Virus record (IMG/VR): IMGVR_UViG_3300045988_171964
Length of the DNA stretch: 64,000 nt
Strand: one strand, 5' to 3'
Source of the DNA: a virus
A model generated the notes under the pieces. It ran no database searches. It was not told where the DNA came from and worked only from the letters and a program-made list of their open reading frames with translations. Below are positions 28,301 through 35,349 of this stretch, piece by piece. The translations under genes and the position numbers were made by a program. Each line of letters starts with the position of its first letter. Within the stretch, counting starts at the first letter, position 1.

Positions 28301-28533
28301 GTGATGTTCTTGCAGCAGGCACGCAAGCAGGCAATGGTAATCTTTCGTCTGGCGCGTCAGCGGCAGGCGACCTGATTGCAGCCAGCGCAGCAAGCAATGC
28401 GGCGCTCCTGCAAGCTGTGAATGCGCTCATTCAGCGCCTCAATCAGCCTATCAACGCCCAGATTAACATGTATGGTCGTGACGGACTGCATGATAGCCTG
28501 AATAAGGCTAATCGGTTTATGAAGAATAAATAG
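22315..28533 (+). CDS. tail tape measure protein
   Basis: 2072 aa and highly alpha-helical with coiled-coil character. FEYSSSLTDIRKVSGLTMQDVNKLSEELAKIDTRTS resembles the TP901-type tape-measure core. Hydrophobic segments occur mid-protein and near the C-terminus. Confidence 0.85.
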   Translation: MAKNKTEAIITLNGQQPLQVLKQLQEAAAGISEQIDAAQAKLKNLKPNTDPYKALDATIKDLKKQYDLLASAQIKDISANERLQSVVDQLSNTSLRNLRRALGDGKRQLEGLSEAELDQANAIRSMMKEVGDQVRLLEGKYVKIEKGLKNISIQSDQWLSKAITQQRDLVASLEKTDASYLKNHATLKQLEREEDRRNGKLTTPEAMTVVQDRTSTASELRRAKTSITQARDNVDTSDTAQIKAYNEALAKIEERLDAVSGKAQKTAIGWQKMRQVLSNPGKASGEDIKQTMDAIQQKIQQLPAGSKAVSDLRRQYAQLEQTMKGTRLSQAQLNDIVARSKTGKANINELRQAYKQLEEELNQLNTKSKEFNEKQKELKDLKKNIDNATGAISQQSKSWQTALKNLTAYVGLFQVFNAIKDTVTSAIKKNFEYSSSLTDIRKVSGLTMQDVNKLSEELAKIDTRTSVDGLAQLAYQGAKLGMGKYGVEGMKQFVAAADQINVAIGEEMGEEALPALSKMVETMGLIPKMGIEKAMLATGSAMFKLSSTSTSTSTNIVEFAKRLTGVSRTAGITTDQLLALGSASDSLFLMPEVSATAMSKFIVALQKNHNLIEKDLGIPDGTIKRMYAAGNAMDAIVMVLEKMRDKGNMNALGGIFKDLGSNGQRLVTAMVTMSKNVDVLKDHLYESKEAFEEATAVTSEYTMQQQSAAGILDRANNLWEKAFINPDGVESVKSMAQAWYDMSQMILQSPIFKNTLQAAMWSVITACKVFVTLLPLIANYVAALGIYKAVSFLWELGKAIKAAAAAQTLFNSAAKVNPYVAIASAIVTAVGVVWSFVEADREAAAAEAEAARKANAWKDKLKEAQSQTDTLTRKLHSYKTTLEALNVSQNARNTQIARFNRDFRQYISKLGIEIKSVSDLKKHYSELAQEIQRATYYRLREEAKQSVMPSYQMDRLNAANRIKKELNNLGLFAGGFTQKNVMDMFNKGAGAGWIWQKIIEANTKDAKQGSFRFNMKTGNYTYTDNSGKTVKGNPTGYKGLLSSLVHFQNATKRETSKDKEINDYFNQVVNLDGYTPWVEDEPGTLENEAPDNDAIRAAKQEARDQQRSWREELKQKQDEANAIMDNVRNFYERQINEKLSQAVSLGMDKTEQDLFVEPVKKRMDEALSQVRLAIAGQANTWEDFKKTMDNDLIEKTDETGVNLSKNLLTSITQNNIAALRTKMAQLGNSLNRPMNSITAEIFAKATKNQQDRVKLEAQQAEARRKVAQEHNYMGAVQQNMYDDFNQMGYATPTDFEAQDKEAFDRRKAHIISMYEQARKQIANLYTVDVSNKEGRGLLMQVLFGDDPYALGARIQSVLGDNAEDWRVFYNKLIQYSDEYTEAQKKTYDQAKKIAEQMWKVNQRNLANQETLRKMQQESALFGKRTNMWSNLGLGDLTADPEVELMKMKMQMAEDYYAFVFKNSRNQQLIDEADKARQEAELAYVNQMATAMKNRLSQMQQLVQPIETFGAEVGKAFAEMRNDVSSAQEAIKNALKSMLESWGNMALNDVNTQMWKAINDAGAKRAKKKAQPGIDAARANANANAVKEDFSHLGTKANPMYVRLVDEGASYLTQQPQSNFENMTPQQPALGWNPDGSPINPNSPAIVPPYAPPATPEQANKQAEGNGAPHAWAHRNRDNANAFYQDAATQTGAAAADAIAGGGSWSDVAAGIGGSFIGGVMNTEFKTGGGKSKEDKEKAEQLKKEKKHQKELSKEVKKGNKEREKVTTQGVKNITDVTDAGNKEQTEGTKIALNTGMAMTETALTTNLAKTQANNEAVIESDADRTRAGMTFSIAGAIGKCFDFLGPIAGPIAAAGVMATLMGLLQWALNSAFSGGKKKSNTNTTNTKLVTGMLTYDSGNVQDLKPFVADNGEVYWAKEDDGKQMQGVKMLTSPTATTVNGQPSLVAEKGPEIVIGRETTHAMMMNNPALLKALVNYDSNYSGGNSARRAFDSGNVGDVLAAGTQAGNGNLSSGASAAGDLIAASAASNAALLQAVNALIQRLNQPINAQINMYGRDGLHDSLNKANRFMKNK

Positions 28534-28595
28534 AAGAAGGTTTTGTTGATTATTAGTTGTTAGTTTTTAAGTTTATTAGTTATTTGTTTTTCGAG

Positions 28596-28628
28596 GCTGT
28601 TTCGCTGTGAAGCGAGGCAGCTTTTTTT
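28596..28628 (+). terminator. intrinsic terminator after the tape measure gene
   Basis: An 11-12 bp stem (GCTGTTTCGCT / AGCGAGGCAGC) with a GTGA tetraloop, followed by T7. Confidence 0.8.
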
Positions 28629-28629
28629 A

Positions 28630-28671
28630 GTGTTGAACGTTGAGTGTTAAATGTTGAATTAGGCTATCGCC
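28630..28671 (+). repeat. P3, left arm plus half spacer, fused to H3
   Basis: GTGTTGAACGTTGAGTGTTAAATGTTGAATTAGGCTATCGCC. Confidence 0.75.
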
Positions 28672-28680
28672 TTTGGGTCT

Positions 28681-28707
28681 CCGTTCCCAGCGAATTTTTC
28701 GCTGGTC
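28681..28707 (+). repeat. hairpin repeat H3 (variant loop)
   Basis: CCGTTCCCAGCGAATTTTTCGCTGGTC. Fused to the P3 half element. Confidence 0.8.
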
Positions 28708-28784
28708 CCATTTTGTAATAAAGCTAATATTTTTCCGTACCAACGTTAACCCTTTGATTTAGTGGGCATTTTGGTCTCAAAAGC

Positions 28785-28803
28785 ATATCTTGGTCTCATT
28801 TTT
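28785..28803. repeat. 19-nt inverted repeat, left copy
   Basis: ATATCTTGGTCTCATTTTT, a perfect reverse complement of 29054-29072. Confidence 0.9.
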
Positions 28804-29053
28804 CGTCGGTTTTACTACCTATATATAAAATTTTCCGTGTATTTTTTCTTTTCCCTAAAATCAAAATCCCCTAACCTCAAACTAGGAGTTAGTAGCATTA
28901 ACGGCTATGCCGTAAACTTCAGACAATAAGGTAGTTATGGGGATATAGGGGAGTGGCAGCTAGCGAGAGAAATGCGTGATTTTCTACATATATTCTACAT
29001 ATTTCTGAAATATTTTGTATCTCCTGCGTACATCTGTTTATAGAAAATTATAT

Positions 29054-29072
29054 AAAAATGAGACCAAGATAT
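29054..29072. repeat. 19-nt inverted repeat, right copy
   Basis: AAAAATGAGACCAAGATAT. Confidence 0.9.
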
Positions 29073-29205
29073 AGTAAGTTGCTGAAAAATAAGCAGATAG
29101 TAAAAAATCAGTGTGGGCTAGCAGTGGGACAATGGTGTGGCAGCAGGGGGACAATATACGCCGTTTTAGCAATTAGGGGACTTTAACATTTCTGCTAATA
29201 AAATT

Positions 29206-29261
29206 AAAATGAGACCAGAATCGGCAAAATGGGACCAGATTTCGCTTCCTGGTCTCATTTT
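29206..29261. repeat. 13-nt inverted repeat pair with an internal third copy
   Basis: AAAATGAGACCAG (29206-29218) and CTGGTCTCATTTT (29249-29261). The variant AAAATGGGACCAG lies at 29226-29238. Confidence 0.85.
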
Positions 29262-29283
29262 TGAAAAAACAACCTTTGCGTCT

Positions 29284-29310
29284 CCGTTCCCAGCGATTCC
29301 ATCGTTGGTT
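29284..29310 (+). repeat. hairpin repeat H4
   Basis: CCGTTCCCAGCGATTCCATCGTTGGTT, followed by a C8 tract at 29311-29318. Confidence 0.8.
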
Positions 29311-29401
29311 CCCCCCCCTCTCAAACCTATATTAAATGTTAAAAATATAACTTATTTCAAATATAATATAGCTTACCTATACTTTATTCGATTTATTTTT
29401 G

Positions 29402-29409
29402 TATCTTTG
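29402..29409 (+). promoter_or_regulatory. -7 box upstream of the primase-like gene
   Basis: TATCTTTG, 34 nt upstream of ATG 29444. Confidence 0.4.
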
Positions 29410-29443
29410 CAGCGAAAAATGAACAATATAATATATGTAAGGT

Positions 29444-30571
29444 ATGTTTGAGGAGATATGTTCCATCTATCGGGATGCGAAAGATGCACTCGGAAGATAC
29501 GTCGATATGGAGACGGGCGAGTGCATCACGCAGATGTCTATCCGTGAGTTCTGTCTTACGGATAGATGGAAGCCGTATGTAGAGAAGCTGAGAGCCATGC
29601 GGCAGCAGTATGGTAGCAAGGCGAAGAAGATGCCGGAGTATATCGAAACCAAGAAGATGCTTCCAGGTGCCACACTGAGCGGTCTCTTCGCTACCTACGA
29701 GGACGATAGCCTTACCCATCCCGGCCAGCGTGTGATGGTTTCCAGAAGAGAAAGCCACCTTCAGCAGCATACCGGATGGCTGGCGATAGATATTGACCTT
29801 CAGGACAACGAGGGTATTGCCGATTTCGAGAATATCCGCAGGGTGTTGGCATTTCGCCCCGAAGTAGCCCTGCTGATGCGCTCCTGCTCCGGAACTGGAC
29901 TGTTTGGCTTGGTCCGTCTGGCTTATCCAGACCATCATAAAGAGCAGTTCAAGGCATTATTGCATGAATATGCTGCAATGGGTATCATGCTCGATGGCTC
30001 CTGCGGAAACATCGGACGCGTGCGCTTTGCCTCATGGGATGATCCTGCGCATATATATATTAATGAACGCGCGATTCCATATACCAAACTGCCCGATAAC
30101 GTACCTACACCAATGCCCGTGATGAACTATGCCAACACATATTTCAGTGGCAGCCATCCGACTGGTGTTGGCTATGGAGGCAGCTATCCGCATAGCGGAC
30201 AGGGCACCTACAGACGGGACACACCGGAAATCATCTATCGCAAAGCTTTGCGCCTTGTTGAGAAGATAGAGGCTCAAGGCATTGATATTTGTGCCGGAAA
30301 GGATGCTAATAGCGGTTATCTGGGTTGGGTGAAATGCGGCATGTCGCTTTACCATGTGGATAGAACGGCGGGTTATGACCTATGGAGAAGAGTTTCCCGC
30401 TTCCGTCCTGCTGACTCTACCTGCGGCCACAATGAAATGGATTTCCGCAAGCGATGGAACCAGTTCGCTAATTACAACAAGATTTCTGAGGCAACTTTCT
30501 TCGACTACTGCAAGCGGTCGGGCATCTTCCTCACCAGGGAAGACTGGAAAGAGATATATCAGAATACTTAG
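29444..30571 (+). CDS. primase / replication-initiation-like protein
   Basis: The acidic WLAIDIDLQD motif and the C-terminal GYLGWVKCGMSLYH...WRRVSRF segment are reminiscent of primase C-terminal (PriCT-like) domains. Sits next to an iteron-rich non-coding region. Confidence 0.35.
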   Translation: MFEEICSIYRDAKDALGRYVDMETGECITQMSIREFCLTDRWKPYVEKLRAMRQQYGSKAKKMPEYIETKKMLPGATLSGLFATYEDDSLTHPGQRVMVSRRESHLQQHTGWLAIDIDLQDNEGIADFENIRRVLAFRPEVALLMRSCSGTGLFGLVRLAYPDHHKEQFKALLHEYAAMGIMLDGSCGNIGRVRFASWDDPAHIYINERAIPYTKLPDNVPTPMPVMNYANTYFSGSHPTGVGYGGSYPHSGQGTYRRDTPEIIYRKALRLVEKIEAQGIDICAGKDANSGYLGWVKCGMSLYHVDRTAGYDLWRRVSRFRPADSTCGHNEMDFRKRWNQFANYNKISEATFFDYCKRSGIFLTREDWKEIYQNT

Positions 30572-30580
30572 AAAGCGCCT

Positions 30581-30607
30581 CCGTTCCCAGCGATTCTACC
30601 GCTGGTC
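30581..30607 (+). repeat. hairpin repeat H5
   Basis: CCGTTCCCAGCGATTCTACCGCTGGTC, 10 nt after the stop of 29444..30571. Confidence 0.8.
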
Positions 30608-30651
30608 CACAAGCAAGGAAAAATATTTTAATACATAAAAGATTAAAGATT

Positions 30652-30933
30652 ATGGCAAAAAGAAAAGTAAAAATCCCGAAGGGGTCATGGCTCGACCAGA
30701 ATGGTCAGCGATGGATGAAAGTAGTGTTCGATGTAATGTCCGGTTTCGGGGGGGGTGAAAAGTTCATCCGTCAGATCAATTTGGAATTCACCTGCAACTT
30801 CGATTTTGGACTGAAAAGATATATAGTTAATATGGGTGATTATGGTAATCTGCGAAACGTTGTTTTGCAGAAATACCCATCGCTGGCGAGATATGGAGAT
30901 TTTCACTTGGCGATGACTACTCATAAAATATAA
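30652..30933 (+). CDS. hypothetical protein
   Basis: 93-aa ORF with a TTAAAGATTATGGCA leader. Contains a G8 tract at 30748-30755. Confidence 0.45.
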   Translation: MAKRKVKIPKGSWLDQNGQRWMKVVFDVMSGFGGGEKFIRQINLEFTCNFDFGLKRYIVNMGDYGNLRNVVLQKYPSLARYGDFHLAMTTHKI

Positions 30934-30943
30934 AGATAAGATT

Positions 30944-31444
30944 ATGAAATTGATAACGATTATTGGTCCCTCTGGGGCTGGCAAGGACACGGTAGCAAAA
31001 ATGCTGTCTGATATTCTGGGATATGATGTGCTCTGTTCCTACACCACCCGTCCGATGCGGGAAGGTGAAGTTGACGGCAAGGAGCATCATTTTGTCAAGG
31101 AATGCAACGTTCCCAAAAGCGAAATGCTTGCTTATACCCGATACGGAAACTATGAGTATTGGACGGAGAAGAAACAGGTAGATGGTGCCGCCATTTACGT
31201 CATCGACGAGAAAGGACTGATGGAGCTGATGGAGCGCTGTCCGAAAGCCAAGATCATCACCGTCTATGTTTCGGCAAAGCCGGAAACTTTGAAGAAGCGT
31301 GGTATCTCTGAGGAACGTACCGACAGAGACCAGTATCGTGTTCAGATTGATTTCAACAGCTATGATTATGTGATACCAAACAACCGAACGATGCTTCATC
31401 TTTGGGACTACGTTGCGTTCGTAGCCAAGAAGATAAAAGAGTAG
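30944..31444 (+). CDS. guanylate kinase-like nucleoside monophosphate kinase
   Basis: P-loop GPSGAGKDT followed by SYTTRPMREGEVDGKEHHFV, the guanylate kinase signature TTRxxRxGExxGxxYxF. Confidence 0.75.
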   Translation: MKLITIIGPSGAGKDTVAKMLSDILGYDVLCSYTTRPMREGEVDGKEHHFVKECNVPKSEMLAYTRYGNYEYWTEKKQVDGAAIYVIDEKGLMELMERCPKAKIITVYVSAKPETLKKRGISEERTDRDQYRVQIDFNSYDYVIPNNRTMLHLWDYVAFVAKKIKE

Positions 31445-31679
31445 GATTTTTGCATTGCCAACTTTACTGTAAAGTAAGTTCAAAGTGAACATCCTGTACC
31501 GTTTCAGTACAGACTGAGTATAGACTGGGCACAAATAAAATAATGGCAAAAATAACTACCCATTCACCCATCGCTGGTATATCAGGCAAGCTGCATAAGA
31601 TAGGTAACATCTTTGCCTTTGTCTCCAATCGGTATGGCGTGATAGATTTTTAATATATAAACATCAAATAAGAAACAAT

Positions 31680-32576
31680 ATGAAAATGATAATTCCTGGT
31701 GTTGAGTGGTGGCCTCAGAAGACCGGCACTCAACAGGTTGCACGAGTAGGAAGAATCTGCTACAAGAGCAAAGCCAAACAGCCTGATGAGAAACTTTCTG
31801 AAGAAAAGAAAGAGGAGTTTCGGGAAGTACAGGCTGCAAAGTTGGTTAACCATTTCTGGAAGAGCGGTCATCGCTCTATGCTCCGTCATGGTACCATCTA
31901 TTTCTTCGTCAAGAATGACAACAAGCTGCCGAGGTCTCTCTGGTCTCTCCTCGTGGCTTCACCTTACATCAATTATGCGGTGAAGGATAAGAAGGTATGG
32001 ATCAGCAGCAACATGCAGTTCCTTGCCGAGCATGACGAAATCCTCGACATCCTCGACTCATACGATGTGAAGGAAGATGAGTTCATCGAGAAGGCGCTGA
32101 AGTATGATTGCAAAAAGGCTCTCTATCTCCTCCGCATGACCATGGTTGTTACCACGCAAATCAGTACCAGCCGTGAGCTGAACCGCACATCGCCTAATAG
32201 CATCAGCGAACAGAGCACTCGCTATGTGAACCTGGAGAAGAAAGGTGGCGTACAGATTGCCCGTCCGCACTGGTTGCATGAAGGAACCCGCTGGCAGAAG
32301 TTCCTCTATCTTGCCGGATGCAAGATAGCTGACTGGCTCTATCGCCGTTTGCTGAAATCGGGCATGAAGCCGCAGGATGCCCGCGGCATTCTTCCTCTCG
32401 ATACCTATACGGTGGTAGCTTATACCTATACCCTCAAGGAGTGGAAACATATCCTGGACCTCCGCTTCCATGAAAGTACCGGCAAGGCGCATCCTAACGC
32501 CAAGGAAATAGGCTATCTGATTCATCGCATCATTACCGAGAGAATGATGGAATATGATAAGGACTTCGAGATTTAA
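31680..32576 (+). CDS. thyX: ThyX-like flavin-dependent thymidylate synthase (divergent motif)
   Basis: SGHRSMLRHGTIYF and SRELNRTSPNSISEQSTRYV resemble the ThyX blocks, but the canonical RHR is NRT here. Confidence 0.55.
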   Translation: MKMIIPGVEWWPQKTGTQQVARVGRICYKSKAKQPDEKLSEEKKEEFREVQAAKLVNHFWKSGHRSMLRHGTIYFFVKNDNKLPRSLWSLLVASPYINYAVKDKKVWISSNMQFLAEHDEILDILDSYDVKEDEFIEKALKYDCKKALYLLRMTMVVTTQISTSRELNRTSPNSISEQSTRYVNLEKKGGVQIARPHWLHEGTRWQKFLYLAGCKIADWLYRRLLKSGMKPQDARGILPLDTYTVVAYTYTLKEWKHILDLRFHESTGKAHPNAKEIGYLIHRIITERMMEYDKDFEI

Positions 32577-32669
32577 AGGTAAAATCACTACTCGCTATCT
32601 CTAACGCTCATTATGGTAAATAGAGTATTTTGCCAATTAATGCTTGGCAATAAAAAGCAAAAAATAGCA

Positions 32670-33644
32670 ATGGGAAATAAAAACAAGAAAAAACAACAGC
32701 AGCAACACCAGATGGAGGCTATGGCAAGGCGGGATGCTAAAATCCGTCAGCTCCCTACCATCTACACCTTCAACTTCAAGGATGTGCCATCTGAAGTATA
32801 CGCCAAAACCCTGGAGGCAATCTTCTCTGATCCTCAGTTTGCCGATGCCGTGCGCAACCGCAACGAACTGGTACGTGCTGCCAACCGCATACCGCAGGGC
32901 GCACCTCAGATGGCACCCCTCATCAAGGCTATCCAGGAAAAAGATGCAAAGTTGGCCAATGCCATCTATGCCCTGCTTGTGCAGGTAAATCTGCACAGTG
33001 AGATAACTTACGATTTCCTCAGTTTCGGTCATCTGTCACGCTACTACGTAGACTACAGCCAGCCGGGTATGCAGGAAAAGGTAGACCATCTGAACATTAA
33101 TCTTGATAAGATCACGTTCCTCTCCGAAATGCTCGAAAACCTTCTTACCCAGGTGAAGGGCGATATGCTGGAAATCTTCAAAGGTGCCAGCGAGTTCCAG
33201 CAGTTTGATGGTGTAATGGCGAGCCTCCGTCAGTTGAGCGGTTTCTTCGATTTCGCCCGCAAGAAAGACGAGAAATCGAAAGATTACGCCCTCTACTATG
33301 AGTATGCCGACAGCATCAATAACTATATGGATAAGCGTATGCAGACCTATTCGCAGAAGTACCGCAAGCTGCATCCTACCCTTCCTGGTTTCACTCAGGA
33401 ACAGATGGTAGAGGCCATCAATCTCTTCTTCGGTGAGAAAGATAAGTTCAATGAGAGCTTCATCGCCAAGACGGAATCAGGTGGCCGCTATATCGACGGC
33501 ATGAAACTCATCCCTAATCTCAACGAGGAGCAGACTGCCAAGCTCGATAAACTGGTACCGCGCCCGAAGGAAGGAAACAGCATGCAGAAATACTTCCTCT
33601 ACATCACCGATGCCATCATGTTAAATTACCACCTTCGGCGGTAA
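32670..33644 (+). CDS. hypothetical protein
   Basis: ATG 32670 is preceded by AAAATAGCAATG. 324 aa. Confidence 0.5.
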   Translation: MGNKNKKKQQQQHQMEAMARRDAKIRQLPTIYTFNFKDVPSEVYAKTLEAIFSDPQFADAVRNRNELVRAANRIPQGAPQMAPLIKAIQEKDAKLANAIYALLVQVNLHSEITYDFLSFGHLSRYYVDYSQPGMQEKVDHLNINLDKITFLSEMLENLLTQVKGDMLEIFKGASEFQQFDGVMASLRQLSGFFDFARKKDEKSKDYALYYEYADSINNYMDKRMQTYSQKYRKLHPTLPGFTQEQMVEAINLFFGEKDKFNESFIAKTESGGRYIDGMKLIPNLNEEQTAKLDKLVPRPKEGNSMQKYFLYITDAIMLNYHLRR

Positions 33645-33738
33645 TTTTGAGTGTTGAATGTTGAGTTACCTCACGGACTCAAGGGCGCTAGCCTAATTCA
33701 ACATTCAACACTCAACATTCATCAAACCATTCAACATT
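33645..33738 (-). repeat. P4 (complete, spacer inverted relative to P1/P6/P8)
   Basis: The arms flank the spacer ACCTCACGGACTCAAGGGCGCTAGCCTAA, which is the reverse complement of the P6 spacer. Confidence 0.85.
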
Positions 33739-33745
33739 GTTTAAA

Positions 33746-34477
33746 ATGCCAAATATCTATCTTCGTCTCCCCATCTCCCGCTGCCAGTTCTTCCGGCACC
33801 GCGACCCTAAGTTCACCCTGGCCAAGGATGAGCCGGTGGTGTTCAGCAACTACTCACATGAGCAGTTCATTATGCGCAATTCGCTTATCAGCGCCCCTGC
33901 GAAAAGCAGCTGTATCGACCTCGGCTGTTTCTCGCAGCAGCAGTGGTGCAATATGCTGTCGGGCAAGCACCCTGCAGGAGGCAAGGTAGTGATGCGCCGT
34001 GATGCCGGAAGCTGGCTCACTTTCCAGGAGGTGCAGCAGCTCAATGGTCGCCTTACCGATGGTAAGGGCGCACATGATGATTACCTCTGCATCAGACTGC
34101 CCCGCGAAGTAGAGATTGTCGATACCGTTTATCCCGTAAAGCCTACCTTTACGCTTGATACCCATGGTATCCGTGCCCTGGTAGTCTCGCTCAACAACGA
34201 TTTTAAGCGCAGTCTGGTAGAATGGGCACTATCCACCTTCGACTTCTGCACCTCCAAAGGCAGGGTTATCGCCCGCTCCCATAATGCCATGCTGGAGCGG
34301 TACTTAATGCGATACGGCATAGAAGCCAGCGAGGAAGAGAAAGACGTGTTGCGCCGCATTATCGGCAGGTGGTTCCGCACGGAGCACTGTTTCTTTAAGA
34401 GCTATTCCTGCGTGGATATGCAGTATAAAGATAGCCGTGATAAGCCTAACCGCATCGACGAAGTGCAGTGGCTATGA
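33746..34477 (+). CDS. hypothetical protein
   Basis: The first ATG in the ORF lies just after palindrome P4. 243 aa. Confidence 0.5.
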   Translation: MPNIYLRLPISRCQFFRHRDPKFTLAKDEPVVFSNYSHEQFIMRNSLISAPAKSSCIDLGCFSQQQWCNMLSGKHPAGGKVVMRRDAGSWLTFQEVQQLNGRLTDGKGAHDDYLCIRLPREVEIVDTVYPVKPTFTLDTHGIRALVVSLNNDFKRSLVEWALSTFDFCTSKGRVIARSHNAMLERYLMRYGIEASEEEKDVLRRIIGRWFRTEHCFFKSYSCVDMQYKDSRDKPNRIDEVQWL

Positions 34478-34551
34478 TTTTACACCTTATATAATAGATG
34501 TTAATTCATATCTAAACAAAAGTTAAATAATAGTTAAATCAAGGAAAAGTT

Positions 34552-35040
34552 ATGAAATTACCTGATAGTTGCAGAGAGTTATTTCTTGACGGAGTAACCG
34601 ATGCTTATTTTTATGCTGTACGGGAAAGCTCCGTTCCTATTCCCTTCAGCATACCGATGATATTGCAGATAACCGGCTGCCACTTTGCCGGCGAAGCACT
34701 CCATGTTGCCCTCAGCGAAGGTGACAATTACATCATATCCGATAGCATCACCGCCAAGCAGACTTCTTCAGAGGGTGGCAATGGTACCGTCTTCAAGTTC
34801 GAGATTACAGCCAATATTAGTGACGGAAAGGCGAATATACCCGAAATCATCAAAAAAATGCACGGAAAGGACTATTATATAGTCTTGCGTAAGCAGGATG
34901 ACACGATTTATCTCTGCCATACGCTGTCTGGTACCTTCAGTATCACTGATTCCGTGACTGCTCAGAAAGATGCTGAGACCCGTAGCATTACGGCTATCTG
35001 TCAGGCGATGTCGGAGTTTATTCCGATAACGATTGCTTAA
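34552..35040 (+). CDS. hypothetical protein
   Basis: 162-aa ORF followed by an intrinsic terminator. Confidence 0.5.
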   Translation: MKLPDSCRELFLDGVTDAYFYAVRESSVPIPFSIPMILQITGCHFAGEALHVALSEGDNYIISDSITAKQTSSEGGNGTVFKFEITANISDGKANIPEIIKKMHGKDYYIVLRKQDDTIYLCHTLSGTFSITDSVTAQKDAETRSITAICQAMSEFIPITIA

Positions 35041-35125
35041 TCAATCATAAATTTATAGTACTTAATTATCTTCTAGTTTTAGTAAACATATATTTCATAG
35101 TATCGAAATTTTATATTAATTTTAG

Positions 35126-35157
35126 CCCTGCTGTCCGTGAGGATCGCAGGGTTTTTT
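35126..35157 (+). terminator. intrinsic terminator after 34552..35040
   Basis: CCCTGC...GCAGGG stem followed by T6. Confidence 0.6.
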
Positions 35158-35166
35158 GTTTTATCC

Positions 35167-35206
35167 GCTAGGCTAATTCAACATTCAACACTCAACATTC
35201 AACATT
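35167..35206. repeat. P5, spacer fragment plus one arm
   Basis: GCTAGGCTAATTCAACATTCAACACTCAACATTCAACATT, abutting promoter c. Confidence 0.75.
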
Positions 35207-35209
35207 TTT

Positions 35210-35246
35210 TTTGTCCCTATCTGTCCACGTTTTCCCATTACCTTTG
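35210..35246 (+). promoter_or_regulatory. phage promoter c
   Basis: TTTGTCCC, 25-nt gap, TACCTTTG. Upstream of the protease gene. Confidence 0.6.
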
Positions 35247-35349
35247 CCGTCAGAAAATATATAAGAGTCTTCTTTTGCAATCAAGGTAAGGAGATTTGTA
35301 TTCAGGATAACGATAACATACATTTATTTTTAAAAATTTATTACCCACA

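Larger units (their letters stand above)
28709..29443. other. repeat-rich non-coding region (candidate origin / regulatory switch)
   Basis: Largest gap without a credible ORF. It holds six copies of the (A)AATGAGACCA word in both orientations, the direct repeat TTCTACATAT x2, and GGGACAAT x2. Confidence 0.5.

Noticed and set aside
31543-31653. 36-aa ORF MAKITTHSPIAGISGKLHKIGNIFAFVSNRYGVIDF upstream of the ThyX-like gene
   Set aside because: It has a plausible AATGGCAAAA start context but is very short. It contains a half H-repeat (CCATCGCTGGT), and no support is available without comparative data.
30917-32588. Minus-strand ORFs 30917..31549 and 32058..32588
   Set aside because: They are antisense to the guanylate-kinase-like and ThyX-like genes, both of which carry clear family motifs.
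4492-33745. Upstream alternative starts given by the ORF track (4492, 6219, 12570 GTG, 32613, 33737 TTG, 17549)
   Set aside because: They overlap the preceding gene or use non-ATG codons. Internal ATGs with the conserved leader motifs are more plausible.
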